DNA of 63,499 nt, filler included, from Octopus bimaculoides (taxonomy: Eukaryota), in NCBI RefSeq assembly GCF_001194135.2. It is 5 parts of 5 records of this genome, joined end to end, with 100 filler letters (N's around TTAATTAATTAA, not from the genome) between each part and the next. Parts side by side here need not be neighbours in the genome. Positions count along the whole stretch, not along the records: positions 1 to 28,229 come from NC_068984.1; 4 more parts are not named here. One strand, given 5' to 3'. The position numbers were made by a program, and so were the translations under genes. Each line of letters starts with the position of its first letter. Positions within the stretch are counted from its first letter, which is position 1. Below the pieces are notes generated by a model. It worked only from the letters and a program-made list of their open reading frames with translations. It was not told where the DNA came from and did not search any database. Shown piece by piece: positions 13,936 to 25,115 of this stretch.

Positions 13936-14903
13936 TTTGAAGAAACAACAAAAGCTGCAAAACAACTGATATCAAAACCAAAGCTAGAACAGCAACGTAT
14001 CATGATAAAATGATGGCAAGAAAAGCCCCTACATAGCAAATATTGGGTTAAGCTAAACAGAAAAAAAAATAGACAAAGCAAAATCCCAACAATGGCTGAG
14101 AAGCTTAGAACTCAAAACAGAGACTGAAGGATTTTTAATTGCAGTACAAGATTAAAGCCTTCTCACCAGAAATCACAAAAAAAAACAAAAAACAAAACGT
14201 AATGAAAAGAAATAGAAGTAATTGCAGAATATGTGGTGATGGAGAAGAAACAATAAATCATATTGTCTCTGGCTGCCCAATCCTGGCTAATAAGGAATAT
14301 TTTCATAGATACGCCATAGTTGGGACTTATATACACTGGAAGCTACGCCAACATTATTGAATAACAACAGAAAGAAGATGGTATAGGCACACCCCAGAAA
14401 AGGACACAGAAAATGAGAAAGCAACCATACTCTGGGATATTCCAATGCACACAGATGGAGAAGTTAAGGCCAATAGGCCTGATATAGTTGTCAGAGATCA
14501 ACAAGAGAAAATTGTTTTCTAATAGATGTATCAATACCAACAGATGACAACGTTTCTCTAATAGAAACGGAGAAACTTTCAAAATACAGAGATCTGAAAA
14601 TAGAGGTAACTCGAATGTGGGGCCTAAAAACAAAAACAATTCTTATTATAGTTGGCGCATTAGATATGATAAAAAAGAAACATTAAGACAAATACATAAC
14701 AAAACACCAGGACTTACAAGTATATATAACATACATATATATAACATACAGAAAATAGCACTGTTAGGCACTGCACATATTCTACTTAAAACACTTTCAA
14801 TACAGTGAAAATTAGAGAACCACAACAAACCACAGTACATACCCAAGGCACACAGAGCTGCGCTCAGTAGTGCAGTGAAAGCACGTGATAAAAATAGGAC
14901 TAT

Positions 14904-14905
<2 letters not shown>
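13935..14905 (+). mobile_element. R4/Dong-like element 3' ~1 kb, subfamily 2 (CCHC knuckle and restriction-like endonuclease)
   Basis: ETEGFLIAVQD, CRICGDGEETINHIVSGC, ILWDIPMHTD..KANRPDIVV, IDVSIP, KYRDL, QKIALLGTAHIL..LS*; ends in (AAT)n. Confidence 0.9.
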
Positions 14906-14985
<80 letters not shown>

Positions 14986-14993
14986 TGATGATG

Positions 14994-15052
<59 letters not shown>
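14905..15052. repeat. (AAT)n microsatellite with a short (GAT)n interruption
   Basis: Directly visible. Confidence 0.95.
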
Positions 15053-15055
<3 letters not shown>

Positions 15056-15262
15056 ATAGGCGCAAGGCCTGAAATCCTGGGAGAGGAGACTAGTCGATTA
15101 CATCGACCCCAGTGTTCAACTGGTACTTAATTTATTGGCTCCGAAAGGATGAAAGGCAAAATCGACCCCGGTGGCATTTCAGCTCGTAGAACGTAGCAAT
15201 GGGCGAAATGCCGCTAAGCATTTTTCCCGGCGTGCTAACGATTCTGCCAGCTCGCCGCCTTA
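15053..15262 (-). mobile_element. SINE family B, near full length
   Basis: Minus strand begins ggcggcgagctggcagaatcgttagcacgccggg; AAT-rich sequence on both sides. Confidence 0.9.
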
Positions 15263-15289
15263 ACAATAATATTTATAATAATAATAATA

Positions 15290-15590
15290 GAATCAGACCA
15301 AACACAGACTTTAAGAATAATAAACTAGACAGTACAACACATGAATGACAAAAAACGTTAGAAAGGAATATTACAGACACATAAGAATGTTATTAACTTA
15401 TTTGCAAATGTACAGGGTGATAGATGTCAACACTGTAGCTACTCCTTTAATTAGTTATAATATCCTCAAGTGGTTGTTTTGGAAATTACCAAGTCTAGAC
15501 AGGAAAACAAGGAAAAATATTGACAGCATTTAAATAGAATACATCACCAAAGAGCTGGCACAAATCAAATTATAAAATCACACTAATTAA
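15290..15590 (+). mobile_element. decayed R4/Dong RT C-terminal (thumb) fragment
   Basis: MTKNVRKEYYRHIR..L..VIDVNTVATPLISY...LDRKTRK...HHQRA, typical of R4/Dong after RT domain 7. Confidence 0.7.
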
Positions 15591-15710
15591 AAGATGTTTC
15601 TGCCACTGGAGAAACATTAAATATCTGAATGATGGTGGTCTCTCGTATTCCTAGAAAGACAACTTTCATACATGATTTGCCTATAGTGGTCAACTGTATG
15701 GGATGTAAAT

Positions 15711-15952
15711 TACGAGGGTGTATACAAAACGTTCTCTGTAGGCAAACCCGTTTCAGTTCGGGCTTCCACCGCTAGAAGCCACTTGATACGACCCTCAGGA
15801 TTCAGTCTGCCTACTTGCGTCGTCGGTTGAAGTCGTACTGTCACGTGGTATGTCTTTGTGTTGCAGTGCTTCTTTCCTGTTCGTTGATTTTTGACTGAAG
15901 TGAAGGAACAGCGTGCTTCCGTGAAATTCTGTTTCTTTTTTTTTATGTGTGC

Positions 15953-15995
<43 letters not shown>

Positions 15996-16666
15996 TGTGT
16001 GTGTGTGTGTTTTTCTGGGGGACGCGACAGCTGAAACTGTTGTCATGCTTCAAACAGCTTGCAAGGACGCTGTCATGAGCAAAATACAAGTTTATGAGTG
16101 GTTTACACGCTTTAAGAATGATCACTTATCACTTGAAGACCAACTTCTTCCAGGACGACCGTCGACATCCCGAAGGAATGGAAATATCATGGAAATTCAT
16201 GAACTGATCTTATTAGAGGACCGTCACTGAAAAATTGACGAACTTGTTGCTATGACTGGTGTGTCCTAGATCTCCTGCCAACGAATTTTAAACGAGGAAG
16301 TGCGAATGAAAAGAGTTGCAGCAAAATTTCTGCCTATCATGCTCACGAAGATCGAAAGCAGTTACGACCGAATACGTGTCGTGAACTGAAACAACAATTG
16401 GAAGTTGATCCGGACCTTTTTTTCGAAGGTCGTCACTGGTGACGAAAGCTGGTGCTACGGAATTTGCAGATGTGGAAGTGAAGAAAAAAACGAAGGAGGC
16501 ATCAATTCGCAAGAGTTCCAGCACTGCTTCGTATAGTAGAAAATGCACCTGGACCGACGCATTGTTTGAAATGGAGAATATTTTGAAGGCGATAAAAGAG
16601 TAAACATGTAAAACTAAGTGAATAAAATATTGCAAAATTCCAGTTTCTTTTGGGTACCCCCTTGTA
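15711..16666 (+). mobile_element. internally deleted mariner element, TA-flanked
   Basis: TIRs TAcgagggtgtatacaaaa / ttttgggtacccccttgTA; transposase EQRASVKFCF..AETVVML..VYEWF..GRPSTS..MKRVAAKF..TGDESWCYG jumps directly to FADV..FQHCF..EYFEGD. Confidence 0.92.
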
Positions 16667-16873
16667 GTTCACTCCCCCCATATATATATATGGTCGGGCC
16701 GAGGCTATAGCAGAAGACACTTGACCAAAGTGCCACGCAGTAGGATTGAGCCCGGAACCCTGAACCGTGTTAATAACTTTGTATTAGAACTCAATATCCG
16801 TATGCTTGAGAGAAAAGCAATAGTCGAGTACAGATCAGTATGGAATTTATAGGACATTATAAAGAGAAAGGTA

Positions 16874-16921
16874 GTCTTACAGCTGTTTCTAGGATATTAG
16901 GGATATCCCTTCATCAGTGAC
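16874..16921 (-). ncRNA. minimal type I hammerhead ribozyme motif, inverted copy
   Basis: Same core (CUGAUGA..GGGAUAU/AUAUCCU..GAAACAGCUGUA-AGAC); stem I has an A:A mismatch next to the core. Confidence 0.55.
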
Positions 16922-17124
16922 GGAAACTACATACTAGAAGCATTTCTATCCATTCTACACAGCACTTTCCTTGGATAATGGAACTGCAACTGTAACATCC
17001 TACATATATTTTTACTTTTATGTTTATTCTTTTATTTCCCTTTATACTTCCTAAATCCATCCTTTTCCAAAATAACTCCTTATATTGAACTCTACTATTT
17101 CCCTCTAGTTCACTCTTTCATATC

Positions 17125-17172
17125 GTCTCTGATGAAGGGATATCCCCAATATCTCAGAAACAGCTGTAAGAC
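17125..17172 (+). ncRNA. minimal type I hammerhead ribozyme motif
   Basis: GUCU-CUGAUGA-A-GGGAUAU/AUAUCUC-A-GAAAC-AGCU-GUA-AGAC: 4-bp stem I, 7-bp stem II, palindromic ACAGCUGU stem III, GUA cleavage triplet. Confidence 0.7.
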
Positions 17173-17259
17173 TACTTTTCTCTTTATAAATGTCCTAGAA
17201 ATCTCACACTGCCTTGGTTTTGATGTCTCGTTTTATTTAACACACACACACATATATAT

Positions 17260-17297
<38 letters not shown>

Positions 17298-17364
17298 GTA
17301 TGTATGTATTTATATCAAATGCATGACAGTATTGCAAATTCCATACACCAAAAATAATTGTTTA

Positions 17365-17575
17365 CGATTTAAGCACAAGGACGGCAAATTTGATGGGAGG
17401 GTGTTAGTCGATATCATGGATCCTTTTACTTAGACACGTACTTTATTTTATCGAGCTCGAAAATACGAAAGGCAAAATTGACTTCGACAGGATTTGAACA
17501 AAGAATGTAAAGACCCGGAAGAAATGTTACAAATCCTTTTCTCTGACGCTCAAACGATTCTGCCAATTCACCAGC
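17365..17575 (-). mobile_element. SINE family B, diverged
   Basis: gaaaggcaaaattgacttcgac...gattctgccaattcacc. Confidence 0.7.
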
Positions 17576-18451
17576 AATAACAATATGCAGCAACACTGAA
17601 CGTACTATCAATGCATATAGCTAAGCTAACTTTCGGTAAGTTTTCTCACGGTGTGCAATATAATCATGACACGATGTTAAACATCAAGCTAGCGTGTCTA
17701 CTAGTCAGTTCTTATTCTATAGATACCCTATTCTCAACAGCGTTAGTATACTTTGCACATGCACCATCTGTGGCCTTTCATGGCGTAATAAAAGTTAGCA
17801 GCCACAACATTAATTACTCAATGGTATTGAATAGTATCGAAATCTTTCCAATCAAAGAACAATCTACAAAATTCGGTCATGCAGTGCATAACAAAAAGTC
17901 AATATAATTTCGTAAGTTCTTCACGGTATCGAGTGCCACACGCGTGAGTGAATAACAATGGTTCAAAAGTGGAAAATATTGTGTATAACAATAGTGTGTG
18001 TGTTTGTTAACTGGCAAATGCGTTCTCAAACCTCGGCACAAGCCCACAAATTCTTGATAGGGGAGCGGTCGATTAAAAACACGCTAGTACTTGACTGGTA
18101 ATTATTTTATCGACCTCGGAAGGATGAAAGGCAAAATTGACCACAACGGGATTTCAACATAGAACGTAAAAAAGAAAAAAGGACGCAACTAAATGCTACA
18201 ATGCATTTTGCTCGCCGCTGTCTATCTATATGTTATCTTAGCTCTGGAAAGTGAAGGACTAAGGGTTAAAATGCCTCTGTTGAGTCCGGCAAAAAATGAT
18301 AAAAAAAAAAAAGCTTGTGTATCGCTGTAAACAACAGCAACAGAAAAATTATTCAGCGCAGTACTTTGAGTCCAAGGTGAATGCTGTCTTTCTCGTTGTG
18401 TTCTTCAAGACACAAAGGGATTCATACAAGACCGTAAAGAAGTACTGGTTC

Positions 18452-18454
<3 letters not shown>

Positions 18455-18525
<71 letters not shown>

Positions 18526-18597
18526 TCTCTCTTTTCCCCTATCTCCCTCTCTCTCTCCCGTCTCTCTCTCTCCCTCCCCCTCTCTCTCTCTCTCTTA
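18455..18597. repeat. (CT)n polypyrimidine microsatellite
   Basis: Directly visible. Confidence 0.95.
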
Positions 18598-19169
18598 TTG
18601 CTAAAGAGAAAAGAAATCAAACAATACTTGGTACACAAAGGGTTTGGACCTTCAAGAAGTACTGGTTCAATTTCTGTCTGTCTGTTTCTCTCTCTCTTTC
18701 TTTCTTTCTTTCTTTCATTCATTCTTCCTTTTTTTTTCTCAGTCTTTTTCTCCTATTCCTAAAGAGAGAAAAAAATCGAACACAGTACATGGTTCGTAAT
18801 CAAATCCGGAAAGTTAAAAGCCAAAAATTGGCAGCGCCTGAGTTTGAACTCGAAGTGTGGGAATATATATACTGCATGCCAATTCGCCACCTTAGATGAG
18901 TAATTCGTGTATTTTAAAACCATATTAAAACATAAAAGAGTGGATATAGTGCAGTATTTAATTTCGTCTCTCTAGTTTCTGTTTAGATCTCATTATAGTC
19001 GATTTTCCGTTTCATCTCTGAGGGATTGATAATACGTTATCGACCATGCCAAACTATTGTTTTAATAATTGTTATTTCTCATATTAGCAGATGGTATATA
19101 CATTTGTAGTAAAAAGATATAATCAAACGAATCTATTCAAATGTATGACTGATATCATTTACTTTTTAT

Positions 19170-19317
19170 GCAGTTAAGAAGCTTGCTTTGCAACCATGTG
19201 GTTTCAGGGTCGGTTCCACTGCACAGTACTTGGGGCAGGTGTTTTCTTCTATATCCCCGGACCAACCAATGTCTTGTGAGTCAATTTAGTAGACAGAGAT
19301 TGTAAAGAAGCTCGTCG

Positions 19318-19350
<33 letters not shown>

Positions 19351-19520
19351 CTTTATGTCTATGTTTGTCCTCCACCACCGCTTGACAACCGATGTTGGCT
19401 TGCTAACGTCTCAAGGATTTAACAAAAGAGGCCAATAAAATTGATACTGGTGATCAATTTATCCATATAAAACCCTTCAGGTACCGCCCTAACATAGCCG
19501 CGGTCCACTAACATAAGTGA
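19170..19520 (+). mobile_element. SINE family A, diverged
   Basis: agaagcttgctttgcaaccatgtgg..cggttccactgc..ccaccgcttgacaaccgatg. Confidence 0.75.
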
Positions 19521-19919
19521 TTGACAATAGGTAACCAGAGTTTAATTCGGTAGTATTTAAGGACTAAAGTCATGAAACCAAAATTAAATTCTGCAAACTG
19601 CTTCATCATTTCAACCATTTCATTGTGCTATTTTCATAACTTAAAAAACTACAAGTGATTTCTAATATTAGCACAAGGCCACATTTTTGCTGGGAAGAGG
19701 GTATAATCGATCGGTGGGTATAAGCAATTCGCAGTATTTATCAGTGATTATTTATTTTAGTGATCCCGGAAGGAAGGAAATTGAAGTTGACCATGACTAC
19801 ACGTAAATTAGAAACCAAGAAATGAAACAAAATAATGTGAGGCGTTTTATCGTTTCCGCCAATTGCCTATACAATGTGTTAATAAGTCGTTACAAAATTG
19901 ATTGTTGGAGTCATAAGAA

Positions 19920-20225
19920 TGTGTTATAAACTTCCGGGAGAACGTGATATAATTCTTTTTTAGGAAGAGTGGATCCCGAAACACATAAAGCTATAGATAA
20001 TAGCGTGTAAATAAAAAGTCGAAAAAAGTCGAAGGCTGCCGTGGGACTCGAACCAACACCTACCATTCGTAGACCGCCTGTCTTGTCAACAAATATGGAT
20101 TCGAGTCCTACGTGCAGCTTCTATTTTTTCTATACAAAAGGTTTTTTTTTTCAACCCAATATTTACATGTTATAATTTAGAGCGTTATGTGCTTCGAGAT
20201 CCAGTGTTCTAAAAAAGATTCTTTA
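19920..20225. mobile_element. inverted pair of tRNA-derived SINE-like arms
   Basis: gctgccgtgggactcgaacc (reverse T-arm/B box) faces ggattcgagtcctacgtgcagc; flanks are diverged inverted repeats; a related arm lies at 56783-56910. Confidence 0.5.
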
Positions 20226-20878
20226 AACTATTAACTGTTACATTGCTTATCTATGTTGTGTCACTTTTTACTCTTTCCGTTTTTTTTATTTTATCTATCA
20301 TGATTTGTTTATTGCTTTGGGTTTTTTTATGGCTCTGAGCAGATTCAGATTTTATTTAAAACAACAGAATTTTGCTTGCATTAAATATTGTAATATATTT
20401 CGTAGTTTGTTATCTATTTTATTTATTTTTCATGATTTTACCTTCTTTTTTTTTGTCTCTATGAATTATGATTTCTTGGATGGAACAGCAGCGTGACACC
20501 TAACACGATACTCAACACGTGCTATATTGGTTTAGATTTGCTTGTTGACACCGTCGTGTGACACCCAGCGCGGCACTCAACACGTGCTACATCAGGTGCT
20601 GTTATAGATTGTAATGAGTGTCACATCTTCAACAAAAGACTCAGTTATTTTTTCCGTTTTCGTTTCCTTTTGTGTTGTTCTTTTTTTATTAAAAAAAAAT
20701 TATGCAATAAATCTTTTTGATAGCACTGGTTTTTGGTACCGATAAGCTTGTAAAAACTGCAGGTGTCGGATTAACTAACTCTCTAGGAAAAACCACGTTT
20801 CCACGTTATTTTCTCCGATATATATATATATCGGAGAAAATAANNNNNNNNNNNNNNNNNNNNNNNNNNNNNNNNNNN

Positions 20879-20988
<110 letters not shown>

Positions 20989-21533
20989 CCATTGCTATTA
21001 GAATGTCCGCCAGTATTCATGAGTTTAATTGTTATTGTTTACTTCGTTGTTGTTTGATATTGTTGTATTTATTTCGTGTGAACTTTTGATAGATGTGATT
21101 ACTATTCATGATTGCATGTAATACAAGAAGATTACAATCCCCCATGTCATCTCCTCCTTAGTTCTAAGGATTCGTGCTTAATTAAGACACAATTTCTCAT
21201 TGTCATCAATAAGGAGATAATGCTAAGCTCGTAGAAGATTTATCTCAAAAAAATATTCAAAGCGTAAGAATACAAGAGACTAGAATGCTGTAAATTACGT
21301 GGGTGTATATCTAAGATAGGGAACTAGAATACATTAAACGTGTGCAATCTCCACACAATCAACTTGGAGTGTGTCTGTTCGTATAAGGTTATTGGTACTG
21401 CGTTGTGTATGTAACCAGGACATTTACCCTCGCAAATGGCTTGTCCGTTCCGAGTTACTGGCATTCTACACCGGTGCAAACACTCCGTAAGCATCGAAGA
21501 AAACATGAGAGATACATGTACACACGCTCTTGG

Positions 21534-21568
<35 letters not shown>

Positions 21569-22893
21569 TTTAATCAAAAGATTAAATGTGGTACTTAAAA
21601 TGTTTGAGGCACTAGAATTTGGTAGGGTAAAAACCAAAAACAAAATCAAGAGATTTGGTGAATAAAATTTGAAGAAAAGCAACAAAAATTCAATAGGTTA
21701 TAGCAGTACGTACGCTTCGTACAAACTTCATTTATTCATGTAGTGAGAACACTACATAAAATGTGCAATGAAAATGTACTCCTCAGCTGCATAATGGAAT
21801 TTCATTTTAGAAAGTTATTTTGTAGATGTGTGCAAAAAACAAGAGTNNNNNNNNNNNNNNNNNNNNNNNNNNNNNNNNNNNNNNNNNNNNNNNNNNNNNN
21901 NNNNNNNNNNNNNNNNNNNNNNNNNNNNNNNNNNNNNNNNNNNNNNNNNNNNNNNNNNNNNNNNNNNNNNNNNNNNNNNNNNNNNNNNNNNNNNNNNNNN
22001 NNNNNNNNNNNNNNNNNNNNNNNNNNNNNNNNNNNNNNNNNNNNNNNNNNTTACTTGGAAATGGATGCGTGGCGTTCGATCATATAATAATATAAATAAT
22101 ATATATATGCATATATACATACATATATGCACATACCTACATATACATGCATATATGGGTACAGGACGTCAAAAACTCTAAAGTACGTGAACAAAATGAA
22201 AAACGGGAACATAAAAAACACAAAAACATGGAAAACGAACTTATTTTCGAACAACGAAAGAAACAAATAGAGAAACGAGACAGGCAACATAAAAAACAAT
22301 CCCTTCATCAGTTGTCCCCTGTTTTATCTACTCCGCGTTTCGAAGGTTGGGACAAGAGGCGATTTCGTTAAAACAGTCCTTCCCGCAAAACAAATTAAAT
22401 AAAATTTGGGATTTTTGCGGAGGGTTAAAGTGGTAACAAAAACAAGACAGTAAAAACAAACGGTGAGTCGAATGCGTATATATCGTACAGTTTAAATGTG
22501 AATAATTGACTAATATCTACCTCATATTTCTTCGTGTTTCTAACGGTCTAGATGCTAGTGAGAACTGTTTGTTCCCGTTTGATAGTATTTCACAGCATTT
22601 ATTTTAAGTTGCTGAGTTTATATTCATATACCATTATAGAAAATCATCGTTCTTCATAATCACTCTGTAGTTGAATATTTTTTCAGCAACAGCCGTGTGT
22701 GGGTGCTTCATTGGGTGGAATACGATTAATTCCTGTTGGATTTTTCAGAATATTTAATTATATAGTAATTATGACTGATGATCTTCTATAATGTTATATG
22801 AATATAAACTCAGCCACTTAAAACTGGTGTGCAGCGCATAATGTTGTGATCTACTGTCAAAGCCTGATATTCTCCATCCTCGTGTGATATCAT

Positions 22894-22972
<79 letters not shown>

Positions 22973-23119
22973 ATGTATTTATGTATGTGTGTATGTACGC
23001 TTGCGTGGGTTTAATTGGTTCGTAGTAAGTCGTATTAACTATTAAAGTCCTGATAGGCATTAAAAATACACGTATATTGTCATATTCACTTTTGTTTTAC
23101 AAACTATTTTATGATAACA

Positions 23120-23846
23120 TACGATAGGGTATCCAAAAGTTACTGGAAACGTTCTGTGAGCCAAATGTTCTCTGTGAGGTAAGCCACTTGTAGTGTAGGC
23201 TTCTGCCGCTAGAAGCCTCTTGATGCAACCTTCAGGATTCAGTCTGCCTACCGGCGTCGTCGGTTGAAATCGTACTGCCACGTGATGCATCTTTGTGCTT
23301 CTCCCCGGTTCGTCGATGTTTGCGATGGCTGAAACGAAGATACAGCGTGCTTTCGTGAAATTCTGTTTTCTGCCGAGGAAAACGGCTGTCGAAACAGTTG
23401 TCATGCTTCAAACAGCTTACAAGGACGCTGTCATGAGCCAAACACAAGTTTATGAGTGGTTTACATGCTTTAGGAATGATCACTTGTCACTTGAAGACCA
23501 ACGTCATTCAGGACGACCGTCGACATCCCGAAGGAATGAAAAAAAAACATGGAAATTCATGAACTGATCTTGGAGGACCGCTGCCGAACAATTGACGAAC
23601 TTGTTGCTATGACTGGTGCTCCTGTCAACGAATTTTAAGCGAATGAAAAGAGTTGCAGCAAAATTTCTGCCTTGCTTGCTCATAGAAGACCAAAAGCAGT
23701 CACGACTGAATGCGTGCCGTGAATTGCAAGAACAGTTCGTAGTTGATACATACCTTTTTCCGAAGGTCATCACTGGTGACGAAAGCTGGTGCTACGGAAT
23801 TTGCAGATGTGAAAAAGGTGAAGGAAAAAAACTTCGCAAGAGTTTA
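23120..23846 (+). mobile_element. second copy of the deleted mariner family, 3'-truncated
   Basis: TAcgatagggtatccaaaa TIR; QRAFVKFCF..AVETVVML..TGDESWCYG|FADV junction identical to 15711-16666. Confidence 0.9.
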
Positions 23847-24918
23847 GATGAAGTTCCTTGAATATTCCAATTAGATCCTTCGCAAAATTTATCCATGGGG
23901 TGGCTGTTCATGTTGTGAGATTATTAAGCTTTCATCTCTATATTGTCTAGAGTTATAAAGGATGAAGCGCTTTTTAATAGTGTCAAGAGTAAATGATCTC
24001 ACGAGATCAGTTATTTCCAGTTCATCAAAGTTCCTCATGAAGCCCTTGAACAGAGATCACCCTCTCTTTCAATCCAATTGATATAAAAGCGAGTTCCTAC
24101 TGATCATTGTGACTACCAGCAGAAAGATCGCCCTCCGAGCGGTTTTCTGCTGGCCACTTGATAATGTTTTCACATTGATATTTTCAGTCGCATATTTTTT
24201 TGGACGCCCCATGTTGTATTGCAAAATTCTGGTGTGATATTTGTGTAATAACGCAATCAAACCTGGAGTGTGGATGCGTGTGTGTGTGAGAGAGAGAGGG
24301 GGGAGAGGGAACCTTGCAAACAATGAATGAAATAACCATGAAATGAAAAAAAAAATTATAAATAAAAGCTCGTTAAAAACTATCTTGTACCGAATATTTA
24401 AATTTGTGAACTTGAAATATTCAATAATAAAAGGAAGTTCAGAAAGTAAATTTTCCTGAACACTTCAATTTATAAAAAATCTCACTTGCTTAGTAAATAT
24501 TTCTTTCAGTAATTTATCGTAGTTGTAATATATCTCTAATTTAAACAAACTTCAAGGTAACCCAACTACGTTCAGCGTACTAGAAATTGCAATGATCACA
24601 TAATTATTATTGTAAGGCTTAAAGCGTTCCAAACAGCCATACCAACAAAATCACTTCTTAGTTTTAAAGAAACCTTATACCGGTATATTAAGAAATTTTC
24701 ATTTTATCAAAAATATTCATTTAACAAACTCCGGAAACTGATATTATCATAAGCCTCAAAGTTATACAACTATTTTGTCGAATAGCATTCATTCATTCAA
24801 TCAATATTTTTTTAATATTACGAATATTTTTTTATATTACGTAATTTTTTTTATATTACGTGTGGGTTTTACAAATAGCGAATTAAAACTTGAAATGAAA
24901 TATATATTAAATTATTCA

Positions 24919-25115
<197 letters not shown>

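Larger units (their letters stand above)
16845..17200. mobile_element. Penelope-like non-autonomous element with ~75-bp inverted ends
   Basis: 16845-16917 is the reverse complement of 17129-17200 with few mismatches; each arm carries a hammerhead-like core, as known for Penelope pseudo-LTRs. Confidence 0.65.

Noticed and set aside
20806-20843. Perfect 38-bp palindrome around (AT)n
   Set aside because: It ends exactly at a gap, which is typical of read fold-back at an AT run.
22230-22360. CUGAUGA and GAAAC on the minus strand as a hammerhead
   Set aside because: Stems I and III cannot be formed in either type I or type II topology; the region is an interspersed repeat of unknown class.
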